NCBI RefSeq assembly: GCF_009914755.1 | Contig: NC_060946.1 | Strand: one strand, 5' to 3' | Source: the human T2T-CHM13v2.0 reference genome, Homo sapiens | DNA length: 64,000 nt | Part shown: positions 58,387-64,000 of the stretch, one piece after another | Position numbering within the stretch: the stretch's first letter is position 1 | Layout: every line of letters begins with the position of its first letter | The notes under the pieces: generated by a model | What the model saw: the letters and a program-made list of their open reading frames with translations, nothing else | Databases searched by the model: none | Told to the model about the DNA's origin: nothing | Program-made: the position numbers and the translations under genes

Positions 58387-61300
58387 GTGCTTCAAAGCTG
58401 CTCTCTGAAACGGAATGTTCAACTCTATGAGTTGAATGCAAACATCACAAAGACGTTTCCGTGAATGCTTCTGTCTAGATTTGATATGAAGATATTCCCG
58501 TTTCCAACGAAATCTTCAAATCTATCCAAATGTCCACTTGCAGATTCAACAAAAAGTGTTTTTCAGAACTGCTCTATCAAAAGAAAGATCCACCTCTGTT
58601 AGCTGAGTTCACACATCACAAACAAGTTTATGAGAATGCTTCTGTCTAGTTTTTATTTGAAGATATTTCCTTTCTCACCATAGTCCTGAAAGCTGTCCTA
58701 ATGTTCACTTAAAGATACTACAGAAAGAGTGTTTCAAAACTGCTGTACGAAAGGGAATGTTCAACACTGTGACTTGAATGCACACATCACAAAGAAGATT
58801 CTGAGGATGCTGCTGTCTACTTTTTATACGTAATCCCGTTTCCAACGAAATCCTCCAAGCTATCCAAATATCCACTTGCAGATTCCACAGAAAGACTGTT
58901 TCAAAACTGCTCTGTCAATAGAAAGGTTCAACTCTGTTAGCTGCGTGCATATATCCCAAAGAAGATTATGAGATTACTTCTGTCTAGTTTTTATGGGAAG
59001 ATATTTCCCTTTTCACCGTAGGCGTCAAGGCGCTCCAAATGTCCACTTCCAGATACTACAAAAAGAGTGTTTCAAACCTACTCTGTGAAAGGGAGTATTC
59101 AACTCTGTGACTTGAATACACATATCACAAAGAAGTTTCTGAGAATGCTTCTGTCGAGATTTTATATGAAGATATTCCCGTTTCCAACGAAATCCTGAAA
59201 TCTATCCAAATATCCCCTCGCAGATTCTACAAAAAGAGTGTTTCAAAACTGCTCTGTAAAAAGAAAGGTTCAACTCTGTTAGTTGAGTACACACATCACA
59301 AACAAGTTTCACAGAATGCTTCTTTCTAGCTTGTAGGGGAAGATATTCCCTTTATCACCATGGGCCTCAAACCGTCCGAAACGTCCACTTCCATATACTA
59401 CAAAAAGAGCGTTTCAAACCTGCTCTATGAAAGGCAATGTTCAACTCTGTGACTTGAATGCAGACATCACAGAGCAGTTTCTGAGAATGCTTCTGTCTAG
59501 ATTTTATAGGAAGATATTCCCGTTTCCAACGAAATCTTCACAGCTATCCAAATATCCACTTGCAGATTCTACAAAAAGAGTGTATCAAAACTGCTCTGTC
59601 AAAAGGAAGGTTCTTCTCTGTTAGGTGAGTGCATACGTCATAAAGGAGTTTCTGAGAATGTTTCTGTCTAGTGGTTATGGGAAGATATTTGCTTTTTCAC
59701 CGTAGGCCTCAGAGCGCTCCAAATATCCACTTGCACATGCTACAAAAAGAGTGCTTCAAAGCTGCTCTCTGAAACGGAATGTTCAACTCTATGAGTTGAA
59801 TGCAAACATCACAAAGACGTTTCTGAGAATGCTTCTGTCTAGATTTGATATGAAGATATTCCCGTTTCCACCGAAATCTTCAAATCTATCCAAATGTCCA
59901 CTTGCAGATTCAACAAAAAGTGTTTTTCAGAACTGCTCTATCAAAAGAAAGATCCACCTCTGTTAGCTGAGTTCACACATCACAAACAAGTTTATGAGAA
60001 TGCTTCTGTCTAGTTTTTATTTGAAGATATTTCCTTTCTCACCATAGACCTGAAAGCTGTCCTAATGTTCACTTCCAGATACTACAGAAAGAGTGTTTCA
60101 AAACTGCTGTACGAAAGGGAATGTTCAACACTGTGACTTGAATGCACACATCACAAAGAAGTTTCTGAGGATGCTGCTGTCCACTTTTTATACGTAATCC
60201 CGTTTCCAACGAAATCCTCCAAGCTATCCAAATATCCACTTGCAGATTCCACAGAAAGACTGTTTCAAAACTGCTCTGTCAATAGAAAGGTTCAACTCTG
60301 TTAGCTGCGTGCATATATCCCAAAGAAGATTCTGAGATTACTTCTGTCTAGTTTTTATGGGAAGATATTTCCCTTTTCACCGTAGGCGTCAAGGCGCTCC
60401 AAATGTCCACTTCCAGATACTACAAAAAGAGTGTTTCAAACCTACTCTGTGAAAGGGAGTATTCAACTCTGTGACTTGAATACACATATCACAAAGAAGT
60501 TTCTGAGAATGCTTCTGTCGAGATTTTATATGAAGATATTCCCGTTTCCAACGAAATCCTGAAATCTATCCAAATATCCCCTCGCAGATTCTACAAAAAG
60601 AGTGTTTCAAAACTGCTCTGTAAAAAGAAAGGTTCAACTCTGTTAGTTGAGTACACACATCACAAACAAGTTTCACAGAATGCTTCTTTCTAGCTTGTAG
60701 GGGAAGATATTCCCTTTATCACCATGGGCCTCAAACCGTCCGAAACGTCCACTTCCATATACTACAAAAAGAGCGTTTCAAACCTGCTCTATGAAAGGCA
60801 ATGTTCAAATCTGTGACTTGAATGCAGACATCACAGAGCAGTTTCTGAGAATGCTTCTGTCTAGATTTTATAGGAAGATATTCCCGTTTCCAACGAAATC
60901 TTCACAGCTATCCAAATATCCACTTGCAGATTCTACAAAAAGAGTGTATCAAAACTGCTCTGTCAAAAGGAAGGTTCTTCTCTGTTAGGTGAGTGCATAC
61001 GTCATAAAGGAGTTTCTGAGAATGTTTCTGTCTAGTGGTTATGGGAAGATATTTGCTTTTTCACCGTAGGCCTCAGAGCGCTCCAAATATCCACTTGCAC
61101 ATGCTACAAAAAGAGTGCTTCAAAGCTGCTCTCTGAAACGGAATGTTCAACTCTATGAGTTGAATGCAAACATCACAAAGACGTTTCTGAGAATGCTTCT
61201 GTCTAGATTTGATATGAAGATATTCCCGTTTCCACCGAAATCTTCAAATCTATCCAAATGTCCACTTGCAGATTCAACAAAAAGTGTTTTTCAGAACTGC

Positions 61301-64000
61301 TCTATCAAAAGAAAGATCCACCTCTGTTTGCTGAGTTCACACATCACAAACAAGTTTATGAGAATGCTTCTGTCTAGTTTTTATTTGAAGATATTTCCTT
61401 TCTCACCATAGACCTGAAAGCTGTCCTAATGTTCACTTCCAGATACTACAGAAAGAGTGTTTCAAAACTGCTGTACGAAAGGGAATGTTCAACACTGTGA
61501 CTTGAATGCACACATCACAAAGAAGTTTCTGAGGATGCTGCTGTCCACTTTTTATACGTAATCCCGTTTCCAACGAAATCCTCCAAGCTATCCAAATATC
61601 CACTTGCAGATTCCACAGAAAGACTGTTTCAAAACTGCTCTGTCAATAGAAAGGTTCAACTCTGTTAGCTGCGTGCATATATCCCAAAGAAGATTCTGAG
61701 ATTACTTCTGTCTAGTTTTTATGGGAAGATATTTCCCTTTTCACCGTAGGCGTCAAGGCGCTCCAAATGTCCACTTCCAGATACTACAAAAAGAGTGTTT
61801 CAAACCTACTCTGTGAAAGGGAGTATTCAACTCTGTGACTTGAATACACATATCACAAAGAAGTTTCTGAGAATGCTTCTGTCGAGATTTTATATGAAGA
61901 TATTCCCGTTTCCAACGAAATCCTGAAATCTATCCAAATATCCCCTCGCAGATTCTACAAAAAGAGTGTTTCAAAACTGCTCTGTAAAAAGAAAGGTTCA
62001 ACTCTGTTAGTTGAGTACACACATCACAAACAAGTTTCACAGAATGCTTCTTTCTAGCTTGTAGGGGAAGATATTCCCTTTATCACCATGGGCCTCAAAC
62101 CGTCCGAAACGTCCACTTTTATATACTACAAAAAGAGCGTTTCAAACCTGCTCTATGAAAGGCAATGTTCAACTCTGTGACTTGAATGCAGACATCACAG
62201 AGCAGTTTCTGAGAATGCTTCTGTCTACATTTTATAGGAAGATATTCCCGTTTCCAACGAAATCTTCACAGCTATCCAAATATCCACTTGCAGATTCTAC
62301 AAAAAGAGTGTATCAAAACTGCTCTGTCAAAAGGAAGGTTCTTCTCTGTTAGGTGAGTGCACACGTCATAAAGGAGTTTCTGAGAATGTTTCTGTCTAGT
62401 GGTTATGGGAAGATATTTGCTTTTTCACCGTAGGCCTCAGAGCGCTCCAAATATCCTCTTGCACATACTACAAAAAGAGTGCTTCAAAGCTGCTCTCTGA
62501 AACGGAATGTTCAACTCTATGAGTTGAATGCAAACATCACAAAGACGTTTCTGAGAATGCTTCTGTCTAGATTTGATATGAAGATATTCCCTTTTCCAAG
62601 GAAATCTTCAAAACTATCCAAATGTCCACTTGCAGATTCAACAAAAAGTGTTTTTCAGAACTGCTCTATCAAAAGAAAGATCCACCGTTGTTAGCTGAGT
62701 TCACACATCACAAACAAGTTTATGAGAATGCTTCTGTCTAGTTTTTATTTGAAGATATTTCCTTTCTCACCATAGACCTGAAAGCTGTCCTAATGTTCAC
62801 TTCCAGATACTACAGAAAGAGTGTTTCAAAACTGCTGTACGAAAGGGAATGTTCAACTCTGTGACTTGAATGCACACATCACAAAGAAGTTTCTGAGGAT
62901 GCTGCTGTCTACTTTTTATACGTAATCCCGTTTCCAACGAAATCCTCCAAGCTATCCAAATATCCACTTGCAGATTCCACAGAAAGACTGTTTCTAAACT
63001 GCTCTGTCAATAGAAAGGTTCAACTCTGTTAGCTGCGTGCATATATCCCAAAGAAGATTCTGAGATTGCTTCTGTCTAGTTTTTATGGGAAGATATTTCC
63101 CTTTTCACCGTAGGCGTCAAGGCGCTCCAATGTCCAATTCCAGATAGTATAAAAAGAGTGTTTCAAACCTCCTCTGTGAAAGGGAATATTCAACTCTGTG
63201 ACTGTAATGCAGATATCACAAAGAAGTTTCTGAGAATGCTTCTGTCGAGATTTTATATGAAGATATTCCCGTTTCCAACGAAATCCTGAAATCTATCCAA
63301 ATATCCCCTCGCAGATTCTACAAAAAGAGTGTTTCAAAACTGCTCTGTAAAAAGAAAGGTTCAACTCTGTTAGTTGAGTACACACATCACAAACAAGTTT
63401 CACAGAATGCTTCTTTCTAGCTTGTAGGGGAAGATATTCCCTTTATCACCATGGTCCTCAAACCGTTCGAAACGTCCTCTTCCATATAGTAAAAAAAGAG
63501 CGTTTCAAACCTGCTCTATGAAAGGCAATGTTCAACTCTGTGACTTGAATGCAGACATCACAGAGCAGTTTCTGAGAATTCTTCTGTCTAGATTTTATAG
63601 GAAGATATTCCCGTTTCCAACGAAATCTTCACAGCTATCCAAATATCCACTTGCAGATTCTACAAAAAGAGTGTATCAAAACTGCTCTGTCAAAAGGAAG
63701 GTTCTTCTCTGTTAGGTGAGTGCATACGTCATAAAGGAGTTTCTGAGAATGTTTCTGTCTAGTGGTTATGGGAAGATATTTGCTTTTTCACCGAAGGCCT
63801 CAGAGCGCTCCAAATATCCACTTGCACATACTACAAAAAGAGTGCTTCAAAGCTGCTCTCTGAAACGGAATGTTCAACTCTAGGAGTTGAATGCAAACAT
63901 CACAAAGACGTTTCTGAGAATGCTTCTGTCTAGATTTGATATGAAGATATTCCCGTTTCCAACGAAATCTTCAAATCTATCCAAATGTCCACTTGCAGAT

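Larger units (their letters stand above)
53426..60605. repeat. Tandem triplication of a 2,386-bp (14-monomer) segment
   Basis: The 22-bp boundary sequence GCAGATTCTACAAAAAGAGTGT occurs at 53426, 55812, 58198 and 60584. Markers TTTCCGTGAAT, TAGTCCTG, ACTTAAAGAT and GATTATGAG each occur three times, 2,386 bp apart. Confidence 0.93.
1..64000 (-). repeat. Centromeric alpha-satellite HOR array: 8 x ~171-bp monomers, 1,364-bp unit, ~47 tandem copies
   Basis: The same landmark recurs at 432, 1796, 3160, 4524 ... 63842. Spacing is 1,364 bp, or 1,361-1,365 where small indels occur, and 1,022 twice. Alphoid motifs (GTTCAACTCTGTGACTTGAATGCA, TTTCTGAGAATGCTTCTGTCTAG) recur about every 171 bp. Strand is assigned from CENP-B box orientation. 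Confidence 0.99.

Noticed and set aside
9400-61250. Box variants TTTCGAACG, TTTAAAACG and TTCCACCG as CENP-B box losses
   Set aside because: They change only non-essential positions of nTTCGnnnnAnnCGGGn, so they were not counted as disruptions.
432-63715. Recurrent 61-98 aa ORFs (MLQSCSLK..., MKGNVQLC..., MFLWNLQV...)
   Set aside because: They are chance open frames in alpha satellite, repeated at the HOR period. Many start at non-ATG codons, are created or destroyed by single SNVs and indels, and show no recognisable domain.
199-63967. Regularly spaced 17-bp motif resembling CRISPR repeats
   Set aside because: The intervening sequences are ~325 bp and themselves repeated, and there are no cas genes. 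The motif is the CENP-B box.
1-64000. Embedded L1/Alu, inversion or unique-sequence island
   Set aside because: Every landmark interval is explained by 1,364 bp +1/-3 or by 1,022 bp, which leaves no room for an insertion, and all boxes share one orientation.
1-64000. A previously undescribed biological system
   Set aside because: Everything visible fits known alpha-satellite HOR structure and turnover. Only the specific variants could be new, and that needs comparison with existing assemblies.
1-64000. Calling this window the CENP-A/kinetochore site
   Set aside because: Homogeneity and dense boxes indicate an active-type array, but kinetochore position is epigenetic and cannot be read from sequence.

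Overview
The whole 64-kb window is one uninterrupted primate, almost certainly human, centromeric alpha-satellite array. It consists of ~171-bp monomers in a highly homogeneous 1,364-bp 8-monomer higher-order repeat (HOR), about 47 copies, all in one orientation. CENP-B boxes read on the minus strand in every second monomer and alternate with pJ-alpha/A-box monomers. This looks like a suprachromosomal family 2 active HOR; the chr14/22 D14Z9/D22Z1 8-mer is my best but unverified guess. I see no genes, RNA genes, CRISPR arrays, transposons or inversions, and the ORF track only reflects the repeat period. I found no novel gene system. The informative structure is in the variants. An out-of-register 2,386-bp (14-monomer) triplication produces two 6-mer HOR variants. 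There are 8,179-bp and 4,091-bp multi-HOR tandem duplications and traces of an older ~10.9-kb period. There are also haplotype-domain boundaries, CpG-centred CENP-B box loss and discordant variants suggesting gene conversion. HOR copies are labelled H1-H48 by the recurring GTGCTTCAAAGC landmark (H1=432, H2=1796 ... H48=63842). Variants were read by eye, so counts are minimums.
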